The notes beneath the pieces were generated by a model, which saw only the letters and a program-made list of their open reading frames with translations, did no database searches and was not told the origin of the DNA. Below are positions 39,312-49,194 of a stretch of DNA of 64,000 nt, piece after piece. This DNA is from Acidobacteriota bacterium (lineage in GTDB: Bacteria > Acidobacteriota > UBA4820 > DSQY01), in assembly GCA_021813555.1 (NCBI GenBank), contig JAKAKG010000132.1:13-64012 (forward strand), written 5' to 3'. A program made the position numbers and the translations under genes. Positions within the stretch are counted from its first letter, which is position 1; the number at the start of each line of letters is the position of its first letter.

Positions 39312-40535
39312 ATGAAAACCCTGACCATCAATTGCGGCAGTTCGTCCCTCAAATACCAGCTCTACGACATGGAGACCGAGGCCGTCGTGGCCAAAGGCCT
39401 CGTGGAACGCATCGGCACGGACGGCGCCAGCTTGAAGCACGACAGCGTGGGCCGCGGCAAGATCACCATCCGCTCGGGCATTCCCAATCACTCCGTGGCG
39501 GTCCAGGACATGGTCCAGGCCCTGCGTGATCCCGAGTACGGAGTGGTGAAGTCCATCGACGAGATCACGGCCATCGGCCACCGGGTGGTCCACGGCGGGG
39601 AGCGCTTCTCGGACTCCGTCGTCATCGGTCCCGAGGTCACGGCCGCCATCAAGGAGTGCATCAAATTCGCGCCTCTGCACAACCCCATCAACCTCATGGG
39701 CATCGAGGCTTGCACGGCCATGTGCCCGGACGTGCCTCAGGTGGCCGTCTTCGACACCGCCTTCCACCAGACCATGCCGAAATACGTCTACCTGTACGCC
39801 ATCCCCTATGACTACTACCAGCTCCACGGCGTGCGGCGCTACGGGTTTCACGGCACCTCCCATCAGTTCGTCGCCAACCGCGCCGCCAAGCTCCTGGGAA
39901 AGCCCCTCAAGGACTTGAAGATGATCACGGCCCACCTGGGCAACGGGTGCAGCATTACGGCCATCCAGCACGGCCAGTCCCAGGAGACGTCCATGGGCCT
40001 CACGCCGCTCAACGGCCTCATGATGGGCCAGCGCAGCGGGGACATCGATCCGGCCCTGATCCCCTTCATGGCGGAGATCGAAAAGACCGACGCCGAGGGA
40101 GTGGTCAACGTTTTGAACAAGAAAAGCGGCCTTCTGGGCGTATCCGGGGTGAGCCACGACATGCGCGACATCGAGAAGGCCATGGCCGAAGGCAACGAGC
40201 GCGCGGCCATCGCCCACAAGATGTTCTGCCACCGCATCAAGAAATACGTGGGGACGTACGCGGCGGGCATGGGCGGCTTGGACGTCATCGTCTTCACGGC
40301 GGGCATCGGTGAGAACGACCCCCTCGTACGCGCCACGGCCTGCGAAGGTCTGGAGTATTTAGGCGTGGAAATCGACAAGGCCCGAAACGAGTCCTCCGAA
40401 AAAGAGAAGGTCATCAGCACCGACAAGAGCCGCGTGAAGGTGATGGTCGTCCCCACCAACGAGGAGCTCATGATCGCCCGGGAGACGGTGCGCCTCGTGG
40501 GCAAGGACGGCAAGAAGAAGCCGGGGAAAAAGTAG
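39312..40535 (+). CDS. ackA: Acetate kinase
   Basis: 407 aa. [19 protein letters not shown]-terminus, ASKHG family. Confidence 0.95.
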   Translation: MKTLTINCGSSSLKYQLYDMETEAVVAKGLVERIGTDGASLKHDSVGRGKITIRSGIPNHSVAVQDMVQALRDPEYGVVKSIDEITAIGHRVVHGGERFSDSVVIGPEVTAAIKECIKFAPLHNPINLMGIEACTAMCPDVPQVAVFDTAFHQTMPKYVYLYAIPYDYYQLHGVRRYGFHGTSHQFVANRAAKLLGKPLKDLKMITAHLGNGCSITAIQHGQSQETSMGLTPLNGLMMGQRSGDIDPALIPFMAEIEKTDAEGVVNVLNKKSGLLGVSGVSHDMRDIEKAMAEGNERAAIAHKMFCHRIKKYVGTYAAGMGGLDVIVFTAGIGENDPLVRATACEGLEYLGVEIDKARNESSEKEKVISTDKSRVKVMVVPTNEELMIARETVRLVGKDGKKKPGKK

Positions 40536-40543
40536 GGGACGGG

Positions 40544-40613
40544 GCAGTGGAAAATAGGCAATGGGCAATAGGTAATGGGCAATAGGCAATAGGCAATAGG
40601 CAGTAGGCAGTGG
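40544..40613. repeat. Tandem heptamer array, 10 units, (GCAATAG/GCAATGG/GCAGTAG)n, downstream of ackA
   Basis: Read from the sequence. Reverse complement of the 33141-33217 array. Confidence 0.9.
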
Positions 40614-40692
40614 GGAGACGGGCGGACTGTCTTTGTGGTGCGTCATGAATTGGGACTCAGGAAGGCCGCCCGTCTTTTCCACTCGCGCCTAC

Positions 40693-40763
40693 CGTCTCGC
40701 GTCTCGCGTCTCGCGTCTCGCTTAATCGCGTCTCGCGTCTCACGTATTGCTTACCCGCGTCTC
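40693..40763. repeat. Tandem heptamer array, about 8 units, (CGTCTCG)n, overlapping the 3' end of the sigma-54 activator gene
   Basis: Read from the sequence. The array encodes the C-terminal ...AETRVSNT residues of the minus-strand ORF. Confidence 0.9.
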
Positions 40764-43700
40764 GGCCCGTTCGATCTTCAGGCGCTTCATTTTCTGGGCG
40801 AGCCCCTGGCGCGTGATGCCGAGGGCGCGGGCGGCGGCGGCGGGGCTGCCGCCCGCCTCTTTTAGCGCCCCCTCGATGGCCGCCCGTTCGGCGGCCCTAA
40901 CCCTCTCGGACAGCGTGTGCCCGCTGCCGGGCTCCGGATCCTTGATCTTGGCTGGCAGATGAGCCAGGCGGATGGACCGGTCTCCGTGGGCCGCCACGAG
41001 AAGACCCCGCGCCACGTTCTGCACCTCTCTGGCGTTCCCCGGCCAGGTGTACGCCGCAAGCCGGGTAAGGACTTCGGGGTCCACGGAAGGAGCCTCCAGA
41101 TGTTCCTCCTTGGCGGCCCGGGCCAGGAAATGTCCGAAAAGAAGGGGCACGTCCTCCGGGTGCTGGCGAAGGGGCGGTACCGCGATGCGAATCACGTTGA
41201 GGCGGTGGAAGAGGTCCTCCCGAAACTTGCCCTCCCTCACGGCCCCTTCAAGATCGCGGTTGGTGGCCGCCACGATGCGGGCATCCGACCGGCGGACACC
41301 CGTATCTCCCAAGGGAGCGTAAGTCCCGTCCTGCAGGAAGCGGAGGAGGCCCGCCTGGACTTCGAGAGGAAGTTCTCCCACTTCGTCCAGGAAAAGGGTG
41401 CTGCCCCGAGCTGCCTCCACGAGTCCCGCGGCGTCTTTGTCGGCGCCCGTAAATGCTCCTTTGCGGTGACCGAAGAGAAGGCTCGCACCCAGCGTCGGCG
41501 AGAGGTTGGCGCAGTTGGCCGGAACCCACGCCTTGGCCGACCTGGGTGAGGCCGCGTGGATGGCCTGGGCGCAGATCTCCTTCCCCGAACCGGGCTCGCC
41601 GGTGATGAGGACCGAGAAGGTGAAGGCGGCCGCGCGGTCCACGTGGTCCAGGAGGTCCTCCATGGCGGGCGACTGAGTAAGGATGAGGCTCGCCACGGCG
41701 GGATGCCTCGGACGGGAGGCGGGAGTGGCCGTCTCCTCTGGGAACCGGAGAAGTCCCGCCCACACGTGAGCGAAAGCCCGGGCCTCGTCATCGAAACCCG
41801 CCGGTCCCGGGCGCAGGAATCCGCACCACAGGCCGTCCTGCCCGCAGCACCCCAGGAGGGTTCCCCCCGGCCCCGCCGCCTCTCCCTTCAGGCCTGTAGC
41901 CGACACCAGGGCGCGCCGCTGCTCGGCGCTCCCGTCTCCCCACCACCAGGGTCTTCGGCCGGGCCTCGCCACGCAGGCGCAGAGGGCGCCCACCCGGCGC
42001 AGGGCATCTTCGGCGGTCCCTCCAGGGTCCGAACCGGCTCTGGCGAGGAGGTGCAGATCGCCCGGCGGATTCGGCCGCACTTCATCGGGGGATTTGGGAA
42101 CCCACCCCAGGTGAGGCAAGAGGCCGCGCTCGGGGCCGCGCACCCGGTTGCTCACCAGGAAATCCGCAAGCCAGCGGCGGTCCGTGCCCTCCAGAGGCGG
42201 CAGGGAACCCCGCTCCCAAAGGCCCCACAGAGCCCGGCAGGCCAAATGCGCGTTTCGCACGTCGCGAGCCAGAGCCCAAGCCCGTTCCATTTCGGAGGTC
42301 CCCCCTTCCTTCCCCGCGGCCTGGGCGGAGAGGAGCCACCAGTAGATTTGGTGGTCAGGAGAGGCTCGCTCCAGCAGGCTCTCCGCCTGGATCCGCGCCG
42401 CTTCCGTAAAGGTTCCTTCGCCTTTCGCCGCCGCCAGCCGCCGGAGGGCGGCCGCCGCGAGCCGGTCGTTGGGTTCCGTCTCGGGCCTGAGCTCCCCTTC
42501 CAGATCCTTGAGGAGGAACCTCAGCTTCCTGATTTGCCCCGTGGCCAAAAGAAGTTCCCCGCGCAGGGTGAGGAGCGGCAGGCGCACCTCCGGGTCCTTG
42601 AGGCCCTCCATGGCCTTGAGTCCTCGCTCGGCCATGTCGAGCGCCTCGGGGAAGTCGCCCCGCTGGCGGCGGACCACCGCGAGCCAGTAGCAATCCACGG
42701 CCCGAGACCCGGCCGGCGTCCCCTCATCCGCCTGATCGAGCGAAGCTTGGAAGGTTCGTTCAGCGGCGCCCAGGTCGCCCGCGTCCACCTGGGTGAGGGC
42801 CAGATCGAACCGGGCCGAATTCCGGAGGCCTTCAAGGCCCAGGGCCGCGGCGCCCTCCTCGGCCCGCCGGTAGCAGGCCACGGCTTCGGGAGAGCGGTGG
42901 AGCTGGCAGAGAGCGTTGCCTGCGTCGCATTCGGCCCAGGCTTCCAGAGAACGGAAACCCACCGTCGCCGCCACGTCCCTGGCTCCTTCGAAGTGGGCCA
43001 GTGCCCCAGAAAAATCTCCCGTCTTGCGCAGGGCCATTCCGGTCCTGTACGCGAGAAGAAACTCACTCATGGGCTGGGGCGGCTCCGGAAGGGCGTAGCG
43101 GGCCTCCTCCAGCCGCTTGAGGGCGTCCGCGGGCCTGTTGGCGCAGAGGAGGAGGGCGGCCAGGTGGCACAGGGCCTGGCCGCGGATATCGCCGTCCTTG
43201 GTAGACCGGGCGAGGGCGGCGAGGCGCCGCTCGGCGTCATCCTCCTTTCCTTCCACCCAGAGGAGCTGGCCCTCCAGGAGTCCCGCCAGCTCCCGGTCAT
43301 GTTGAGAGAGCGGACACCCGGCCGCATCCGCGAGGGCCGCCCTGGCCGCCGGGTAGTCCAAGGCCCGCTCGAAGGCGCGAGCCCGGCTCACCGCGAGCCT
43401 GCCCGCCCCCTCTGGGCCGGGTGCCAAGGGGCGCCACGTGGCCAGGGCCAAGAGGGGTTGTCCCAAGAGGAAGAGGGCCGCTCCCTCCCAGAACGATCCT
43501 TCCGCCTCGCCGCCCTCCCGGTGACGCATGGTTCGAGCCGCGCACACGAGTTGGGCCAGCCGTCCCTGGGAGGACAAGCGGGCCGGCTCCTGCTCGGAGG
43601 TGCAACTCGCGCCGGGGCGTCCCCGTCCCAGCCACGGCCTCGCCGGGGCCGCCCCGTCACCAGGAAGGGGCGGAAGGAGGGGACCGCCGCACCGCGGCTG

Positions 43701-44858
43701 ATCTGGGGGCAAAGCGGACAATGCCTCCAGGAGGGGAGCCGGGTGCGGGCCGAGAAGCGCGCCGGCGTGTTCGAGATACCAGGCCTCCGCCGTAGGGGGA
43801 AGCCAGAGAAGGCGCACGGAGCGGGCATGGCCCGCAGGGGGGCATGGGCCCCCGAATGCGCCGTGCGTGTCAAGCCCTAAGGCGCGGACGCTGGCCATGC
43901 GGGCCGCGGCGTCCAAGACCGAGCGGCTCGCCCCGTCGAGGCTGCCGGAGGGCCACAGGAGCCATCCCGCTCCCGTCTCGGAGAGAAGCCCGGCCAGCGC
44001 CCGAATCATGGCCTCCTCCCCGCCGGGCAAGTGGAGGCGCATCCAGTCCCGCCCCCGGTCCTCGCCGCCCAGGATACGAGATGCCAGGGGCTCCAGGGCC
44101 GCCAGAGGATAAGGAGGCACCCCCGCGAGGGCCAGGGGCCTTAGCGGTGCCTCGGGGCCCGAGGCCCACGCCGACAGCGCCGCGCTCAGGGCCAAGGAAG
44201 AGCCGCACTCCAGGATCTCCAATCCGGCTCCAGGCAGGGACGCGGGCACCCAGGAGATCCCGACACCCCATGCGGCGGGCAAGTCGGGAACAAGGCCCGC
44301 CCGGCCCGACAGCTCCCAGAGCTCCAGGAGGCTTTCCCGGGCACCGCGCCGTGTCATCTTCGTCCCGAATCCCGTGAACCAAGTGTTCCAGAGCGTGAAC
44401 GTCCGGTGACGACGGGGAACAGACGACCACCCGCGGCCCTCAGGCGCCCTGCCGCCGAGGAGGGCCAAAAGGAGCGCCCCGTGCTCCCTGACCAGATCGT
44501 CGGACTCCCCCGCCTTTTCCTCCGCCGGAGGGACCTCCGCACCGGCCCAGACGGGAAGGCCCTCGCCACCCAGCGCCCATCCTTCCGGCTCGGGCCGCCA
44601 GGGCCAGCCTTCGGCCTCCAGAAAAGTCAGGGCGGAGAAGAGGCCCAGGGCGAACCGGAGGATCTCGCTGTCGGCCTTCAGGTTGTGCGGGGATCGCAGG
44701 GCCGCCGCGCGGTTCGGGCTGCCGCGAGGGGCCAGCGGTCGCCCTTGACAGAGCGCTCCCGGCAACGCGGGATGGACGAGAACCTGGCCGCTCTCGACGG
44801 CACCGCCATGGGCCTGGGCATGCGCCCCGCCACGCGCGGCGCCGGCACGCTTCTCCAT
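40740..44858 (-). CDS. Very large sigma-54-dependent transcriptional activator: about 900-aa N-terminal region with TPR-like repeats, then AAA+ sigma-54 interaction domain and C-terminal Fis-type HTH
   Basis: C-terminal 450 aa carry the GAFTGA motif, Walker A GEPGSGKE and an HTH. A single uninterrupted 1372-aa frame. The first ATG (44856-44858) lies 71 nt downstream of the rsgA stop and has a GGAAGGGG RBS. The N-terminal extent is uncertain. Confidence 0.75.
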   Translation of the reverse strand: MEKRAGAARGGAHAQAHGGAVESGQVLVHPALPGALCQGRPLAPRGSPNRAAALRSPHNLKADSEILRFALGLFSALTFLEAEGWPWRPEPEGWALGGEGLPVWAGAEVPPAEEKAGESDDLVREHGALLLALLGGRAPEGRGWSSVPRRHRTFTLWNTWFTGFGTKMTRRGARESLLELWELSGRAGLVPDLPAAWGVGISWVPASLPGAGLEILECGSSLALSAALSAWASGPEAPLRPLALAGVPPYPLAALEPLASRILGGEDRGRDWMRLHLPGGEEAMIRALAGLLSETGAGWLLWPSGSLDGASRSVLDAAARMASVRALGLDTHGAFGGPCPPAGHARSVRLLWLPPTAEAWYLEHAGALLGPHPAPLLEALSALPPDQPRCGGPLLPPLPGDGAAPARPWLGRGRPGASCTSEQEPARLSSQGRLAQLVCAARTMRHREGGEAEGSFWEGAALFLLGQPLLALATWRPLAPGPEGAGRLAVSRARAFERALDYPAARAALADAAGCPLSQHDRELAGLLEGQLLWVEGKEDDAERRLAALARSTKDGDIRGQALCHLAALLLCANRPADALKRLEEARYALPEPPQPMSEFLLAYRTGMALRKTGDFSGALAHFEGARDVAATVGFRSLEAWAECDAGNALCQLHRSPEAVACYRRAEEGAAALGLEGLRNSARFDLALTQVDAGDLGAAERTFQASLDQADEGTPAGSRAVDCYWLAVVRRQRGDFPEALDMAERGLKAMEGLKDPEVRLPLLTLRGELLLATGQIRKLRFLLKDLEGELRPETEPNDRLAAAALRRLAAAKGEGTFTEAARIQAESLLERASPDHQIYWWLLSAQAAGKEGGTSEMERAWALARDVRNAHLACRALWGLWERGSLPPLEGTDRRWLADFLVSNRVRGPERGLLPHLGWVPKSPDEVRPNPPGDLHLLARAGSDPGGTAEDALRRVGALCACVARPGRRPWWWGDGSAEQRRALVSATGLKGEAAGPGGTLLGCCGQDGLWCGFLRPGPAGFDDEARAFAHVWAGLLRFPEETATPASRPRHPAVASLILTQSPAMEDLLDHVDRAAAFTFSVLITGEPGSGKEICAQAIHAASPRSAKAWVPANCANLSPTLGASLLFGHRKGAFTGADKDAAGLVEAARGSTLFLDEVGELPLEVQAGLLRFLQDGTYAPLGDTGVRRSDARIVAATNRDLEGAVREGKFREDLFHRLNVIRIAVPPLRQHPEDVPLLFGHFLARAAKEEHLEAPSVDPEVLTRLAAYTWPGNAREVQNVARGLLVAAHGDRSIRLAHLPAKIKDPEPGSGHTLSERVRAAERAAIEGALKEAGGSPAAAARALGITRQGLAQKMKRLKIERAETRVSNT

Positions 44859-44929
44859 GAGATCCCCTTCCCACTCCTCGATGGTTCAAGGAATACCATA
44901 GAAAAGCATGGTGGTTCAAGGGCGATTGA

Positions 44930-45859
44930 TCATCCCCCCACTTCCCCGATGAGCGTGAGGTAGCTGGCGTAGCGCTCGGGGGCGATGGTTTCTTCTTCGG
45001 CGGCAGCGCGCACCGCGCAGGCAGGCTCTGTGCGGTGGCGGCAGTCGGAGAACCTGCACCCCTCAGCCGCGTGGAAGATCTCGGGGAAGGCCGCCTCTAC
45101 CCCCCGCCAATCCACGTCGAACAAGGCGAACTCCCGGATGCCCGCCGTATCTACCAGCACCGTGCCGTCCTTGAGGCGGTGGGCCACCGCCGTGGTGGTG
45201 GTGTGCTTGCCCTTGCCCGTCTGCGGGTTCACGTCGCCCACGGCCTTAGCTCCCTCCGGATCCACGTCGTTGACGAGGGTCGTCTTGCCGACGCCCGAGT
45301 GGCCCGCCAGGAGCACCCACTTCCCCTCCACGGCGTGAAGGAAGGGCTCCAGCCCGTCCTTTCGCTTGGCGGACATGCGAAAGATGGGAAGGCCCAGGGC
45401 GCCGTAAGGCGCGAGGGCCTCTTCCACGAGCTCGGGGGTGAGGATGTCCATCTTGTTCACCACGACGGCCACGTCGATGCCCGCGGCGCGGGCGGCCACG
45501 AGGTATCGGTCCAGCAGGCCCGTGTTGAGGTCCGGCGTGGGGGCGAGCATGACGGCGACCACGTCGACGTTGGCCGCGAGCACGTGCTCGTGTCCCGTGA
45601 AGGTGATCCGGCGGGAGAACTTGTTGCCCCTGGGAAGGACTTCCTCGATGAGGGCGGACCCATCCTCGAGGATGCGGAGGGCCACCCGGTCTCCCACGGC
45701 GACACGGTTTTTCAGGCCCTCCGAGCGGAGCGCCAGGCGCCCCCCCGGAAAGGCGGGCCGGATGCGCTCGCCGTCCCAGGCGAGATGGTACTTGCCCATG
45801 ATCTGAAAAACGCGGCCTTCCACTTGCAAATCAACACCTTGGTGTTTATAATGCCGCAT
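44930..45859 (-). CDS. rsgA: Ribosome small-subunit-dependent GTPase A
   Basis: Circularly permuted GTPase motifs (LAGHSGVGKTTLVN). C-terminal zinc-finger cysteines. Confidence 0.9.
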   Translation of the reverse strand: MRHYKHQGVDLQVEGRVFQIMGKYHLAWDGERIRPAFPGGRLALRSEGLKNRVAVGDRVALRILEDGSALIEEVLPRGNKFSRRITFTGHEHVLAANVDVVAVMLAPTPDLNTGLLDRYLVAARAAGIDVAVVVNKMDILTPELVEEALAPYGALGLPIFRMSAKRKDGLEPFLHAVEGKWVLLAGHSGVGKTTLVNDVDPEGAKAVGDVNPQTGKGKHTTTTAVAHRLKDGTVLVDTAGIREFALFDVDWRGVEAAFPEIFHAAEGCRFSDCRHRTEPACAVRAAAEEETIAPERYASYLTLIGEVGG

Positions 45860-45935
45860 CCATTTGGGGGCGGCGGCGCATTATACCACGCCCCATCCCG
45901 GGAGACGGTCCAGCACGCGTTGTAAGGGGATTTTA

Positions 45936-46790
45936 ATGTACACGATCACCCGCAAGAAAGTCCTGGCCTCCGGTGTCATCGAGATGGGGATCCTCGCCCC
46001 CCGGATCGCCAAAGCCCACAAGCCCGGACAGTTTCTCATGGTGATGAACCGCGAGGAGAGCGAGCGCATCCCGCTCACCATCGCCGATTCGGACCCTGCC
46101 AAGGGCGAGGTCACCATCGTCTTTTTGGAAGTGGGCCGGTCCACCATAGAACTGGGGGAGGATTTCAAGGAAGGCGACTCCCTCTTCGCCGTAGTAGGCC
46201 CCCTGGGCACCCCCACCCACATTGAGCCCTTCGGCACGGTGGTGGTCATGGGGGGCGGCCTGGGCGTCGCCCCCATCTATCCCATCTGCAAGGGATTGAA
46301 GGCGGCAGGCAACACCGTGGTGACGATCATCGGCTACCGCCGGAAGGACCTCATGTTTTGGCACGACAAGCTGGCGGGGGCCTCCACCGAGACCATCGTC
46401 ACCACCGACGACGGTTCTTTCGGCACCAAGGGCTTCGTCACCGATGCTCTGAAAACGATCCACGACGGCGGCCGCGCCATCGACCGCATCATCGCCATCG
46501 GACCTCCCGTCATGATGCGCGCCGTCTCCAACCTGACCCAGCCCTGGGGCATTCCCACCTGGGTCTCCCTCAACACCATCATGGTGGACGGCACGGGCAT
46601 GTGCGGGGGCTGCCGGGTGGAGATCGGGAAGGAGTCCAAGTTCGTGTGCGTGGACGGGCCCGACTTCGACGCCCACCTGGTGAACTGGGACGAGATGTTC
46701 GCCCGAATGAAGGTCTACACCGCCGAGGAGCGGGCCGCCATTCTGGCCAATCACGAGTGTAAGCTCCACCTCGACAACATCAAGCGGTAG
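45936..46790 (+). CDS. PyrK-like FAD/NAD(P)-binding iron-sulfur flavoprotein (NfnA/SudB-type small subunit)
   Basis: 284 aa from ATG 45936. Ferredoxin-reductase fold. C-terminal CGGC cluster motif. Confidence 0.75.
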   Translation: MYTITRKKVLASGVIEMGILAPRIAKAHKPGQFLMVMNREESERIPLTIADSDPAKGEVTIVFLEVGRSTIELGEDFKEGDSLFAVVGPLGTPTHIEPFGTVVVMGGGLGVAPIYPICKGLKAAGNTVVTIIGYRRKDLMFWHDKLAGASTETIVTTDDGSFGTKGFVTDALKTIHDGGRAIDRIIAIGPPVMMRAVSNLTQPWGIPTWVSLNTIMVDGTGMCGGCRVEIGKESKFVCVDGPDFDAHLVNWDEMFARMKVYTAEERAAILANHECKLHLDNIKR

Positions 46791-46799
46791 GGAGACCCC

Positions 46800-48284
46800 A
46801 TGAGCGAGACCATCGATATCGCCGCCCTGAACGGCGTCAAGGAAGGGGAAAAGAAGCGCCCCCGAAGCAAGGAAAAGCGCCTGGAGATCGCCTGCCAGAC
46901 CGTGGAGGCGCGCGTCCGAAACTACGACGAAGTGGCCCTGGGCTACGGGCCAGCCGAAGCCGTGGCCGAGTCCATGCGGTGCCTGGAGTGCCCCAAGCCG
47001 CGGTGCGTGGTGGCCTGCCCCGTGCACATCGACATCCCCACCTTCATCGGGCTCATCTCTCGGGGAAAATTTAGCCAGGCCGCCGAGGACATTCGCCAGT
47101 ACAACAACCTCCCCTCCGTGTGCGGCCGCGTGTGCCCGCAAGAGAATCTCTGCGAGGCGGCGTGCATCGTCAACGACACGAATCCCAAGAACCCCATCGC
47201 CATAGGCCGCCTGGAGCGCTTCGCTTCGGACTGGCAGCTCACCCACGACGTGCGCGATGCGGCGTCGGTCCACAAGCGGCCCGCCACGGGGTTCAAGATC
47301 GCCGTCATCGGCTCGGGCCCCGCGGGCCTGAGCTGCTCGGCGGACCTGGCCAAGATGGGCCACAGCGTGGACCTCTTCGAGGCGCTTCACAAGCCGGGCG
47401 GGGTGCTCATGTACGGCATCCCCGAGTTCCGCCTCCCCAAGGCCATCGTGCAGAAGGAAATCGAGTACGTGAAGGCTCTGGGCGTGACCATGGAGTGCAA
47501 CGTGGTGGTGGGCCGCACCCTTCCCGTGAAAGAGGTGCTGGATTCCTACGACGCGGTCTTCGTGGCCTCGGGAGCCGGGTTCCCCAACATGATGAACATC
47601 CCCGGGGAAAACCTGAACGGCGTCTATTCGGCCAACGAGTTCCTGACCCGCGTGAACCTCATGAAGGCCTGGAAGAACGACAGCGCGGGCACGCCCATCC
47701 GGAAGCCCCGCAAGGCGGTGGTGGTGGGCGCGGGCTTCACGGCCTTCGACGTGGTGCGCATCGCCCTTCGCCTCGGGGCCGAGGAGGCGAGCATCGTCTA
47801 CCGCCGCAGCCGCGAGGAGATGCCCGGACGCGGCGAGGAGATCGAGCACTCCCTGGAGGAGGGCGCCAAGTTCGTGCTTCTGACCAATCCCGTGAAGTAC
47901 CTCGGGGACGAGAACGGTTTCGTCCGCGGCGTGGTGGTTCAGAAGATGGATCTGGGCGAGCCCGATTCCAGCGGCCGACGGCGGCCCGTCCCCATCAAGG
48001 GGAGCGAGTACGAGATCGAGTGCGACCTGGTGGTGGTGGCCATCGGCCAGACCCCGAACGTCCTCATCCCGTCCAACCTTCCGGGCTTGGCCACACGCTG
48101 GGGGTCGGTCATCAAGGTGAACCGCGAGAGCTACATGACGACGGTGCCCAAGGTCTTTGCCGGGGGCGACGCCATCACGGGCGCCGCCACGGTCATTCTC
48201 GCTACGAGGGCGGGGCGCGAGGCCGCGCGCTCCATGGACGCCTACGTTCGCGATCCGGCCCGAACCTGGAATCCGCCGGCGTAA
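46800..48284 (+). CDS. GltD-family NADPH-dependent oxidoreductase (glutamate synthase small chain / NfnB / SudA-type)
   Basis: 494 aa. N-terminal 2x[4Fe-4S] cysteine motifs (CLECPKPRCVVACP, CGRVCPQENLCEAAC). Two dinucleotide-binding motifs (IGSGPAGL, VVGAGFTA). Confidence 0.85.
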   Translation: MSETIDIAALNGVKEGEKKRPRSKEKRLEIACQTVEARVRNYDEVALGYGPAEAVAESMRCLECPKPRCVVACPVHIDIPTFIGLISRGKFSQAAEDIRQYNNLPSVCGRVCPQENLCEAACIVNDTNPKNPIAIGRLERFASDWQLTHDVRDAASVHKRPATGFKIAVIGSGPAGLSCSADLAKMGHSVDLFEALHKPGGVLMYGIPEFRLPKAIVQKEIEYVKALGVTMECNVVVGRTLPVKEVLDSYDAVFVASGAGFPNMMNIPGENLNGVYSANEFLTRVNLMKAWKNDSAGTPIRKPRKAVVVGAGFTAFDVVRIALRLGAEEASIVYRRSREEMPGRGEEIEHSLEEGAKFVLLTNPVKYLGDENGFVRGVVVQKMDLGEPDSSGRRRPVPIKGSEYEIECDLVVVAIGQTPNVLIPSNLPGLATRWGSVIKVNRESYMTTVPKVFAGGDAITGAATVILATRAGREAARSMDAYVRDPARTWNPPA

Positions 48285-48405
48285 GGGAAAAAAACAAGAA
48301 CCACCAAGGCACGAAGGCACCCGAGCCGCGTGGGGCCTTATAAGAGTCGGAACAGAATTCCTTGGTGACCCGGTGTCTTGGTGGTTAGTCTTTTTGGAGC
48401 GTTTC

Positions 48406-49194
48406 ATGCCGATCAAAGAGAGCTTCCACGAGTACCTGAACGCACCCTTCGCCGAGTCCCTCCCGAAGGAATACCAGGCCGCGCTGGCGGCCGTGGGGAC
48501 CGCGCCCCTGTCCGCCGCCTCCCTCCAGGAGGTCCTGGATGTCATCGCCGCCGAAAAGGATCACATGGCCTTCGCCAGGAAGGGCGGGCTCTTCCTCGCG
48601 GCGGCTCACCAGGCCTTGAGGACGGAATCAAGCCTGGACCTGGCCGTCCTGGACGGGGCGCGCCTGGACTGCGTCGGAGCCTTCGGCAAGGGATTCTCGC
48701 TCACCGTCAAGGGCGACGTGGGCAACTACGCCGGCGCCTACCTGGAGGCCGGCACCCTTCTCATTGAGGGCGACGCGGAGGACTACGCCGGCGCGGGCAT
48801 GAAGGGCGGCACCATCCAGATCAAGGGCCTGGCTGAAAACCACCTGGGCCACTCCATGGTGGGCGGCGAGATCGTGGTGGCGCGCAACGCCCACGACTTC
48901 ATCGGCAACGCCATGTGGGGCGGGCACATCGTCGTGCAAGCCAACGCGGGTTACAGCGCCGGCTACCGCATGATGGGCGGCGTCATCGAGGTCAGGGACC
49001 TCACCTGGGACCTGGCGGGCGAGGAGATGACCGGAGGCCGAGTTCAGATCGGAGGCCACATCGGCCGCGACTTGGGCCTGGGCATGGCCGGGGGCGAGCT
49101 GGCTCTCAGCGAGAAGAACGAGGGGGCCCAGCGCGCCAAGTCCTCGGGCGGCAAGCTCGTGATTCTCAAGAAGGGCGAGAAGCGGGCGGGATAG
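48406..49194 (+). CDS. GXGXG-motif protein (glutamate synthase alpha-subunit C-terminal domain / FwdC-like beta-helix)
   Basis: 262 aa from ATG 48406. Repeated G-x-G-x-G beta-helix motifs (GDVGNYAG, GDAEDYAG, MKGGT, MVGGE, MWGGH, MMGGV, MTGGR). Confidence 0.75.
   Translation: MPIKESFHEYLNAPFAESLPKEYQAALAAVGTAPLSAASLQEVLDVIAAEKDHMAFARKGGLFLAAAHQALRTESSLDLAVLDGARLDCVGAFGKGFSLTVKGDVGNYAGAYLEAGTLLIEGDAEDYAGAGMKGGTIQIKGLAENHLGHSMVGGEIVVARNAHDFIGNAMWGGHIVVQANAGYSAGYRMMGGVIEVRDLTWDLAGEEMTGGRVQIGGHIGRDLGLGMAGGELALSEKNEGAQRAKSSGGKLVILKKGEKRAG

Noticed and set aside
40693-40749. Multiple CGTCTC motifs (Esp3I/BsmBI recognition sequence), possible engineered sequence
   Set aside because: The motif arises as part of a natural tandem heptamer. 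The same unit occurs at several native-looking loci, and there are no vector features.
40544-40763. Possible CRISPR array
   Set aside because: Repeat units are only 7 nt with no spacers. They are tandem micro-repeats, not repeat-spacer architecture. There are no cas genes.
41556-43880. 774-aa plus-strand ORF
   Set aside because: Antisense to the sigma-54 activator. Arg/Gly/Pro-rich with no motifs.
45933-48545. 870-aa minus-strand ORF
   Set aside because: Antisense to the NfnA-like, GltD-like and GXGXG genes, each of which has clear cofactor motifs on the plus strand.
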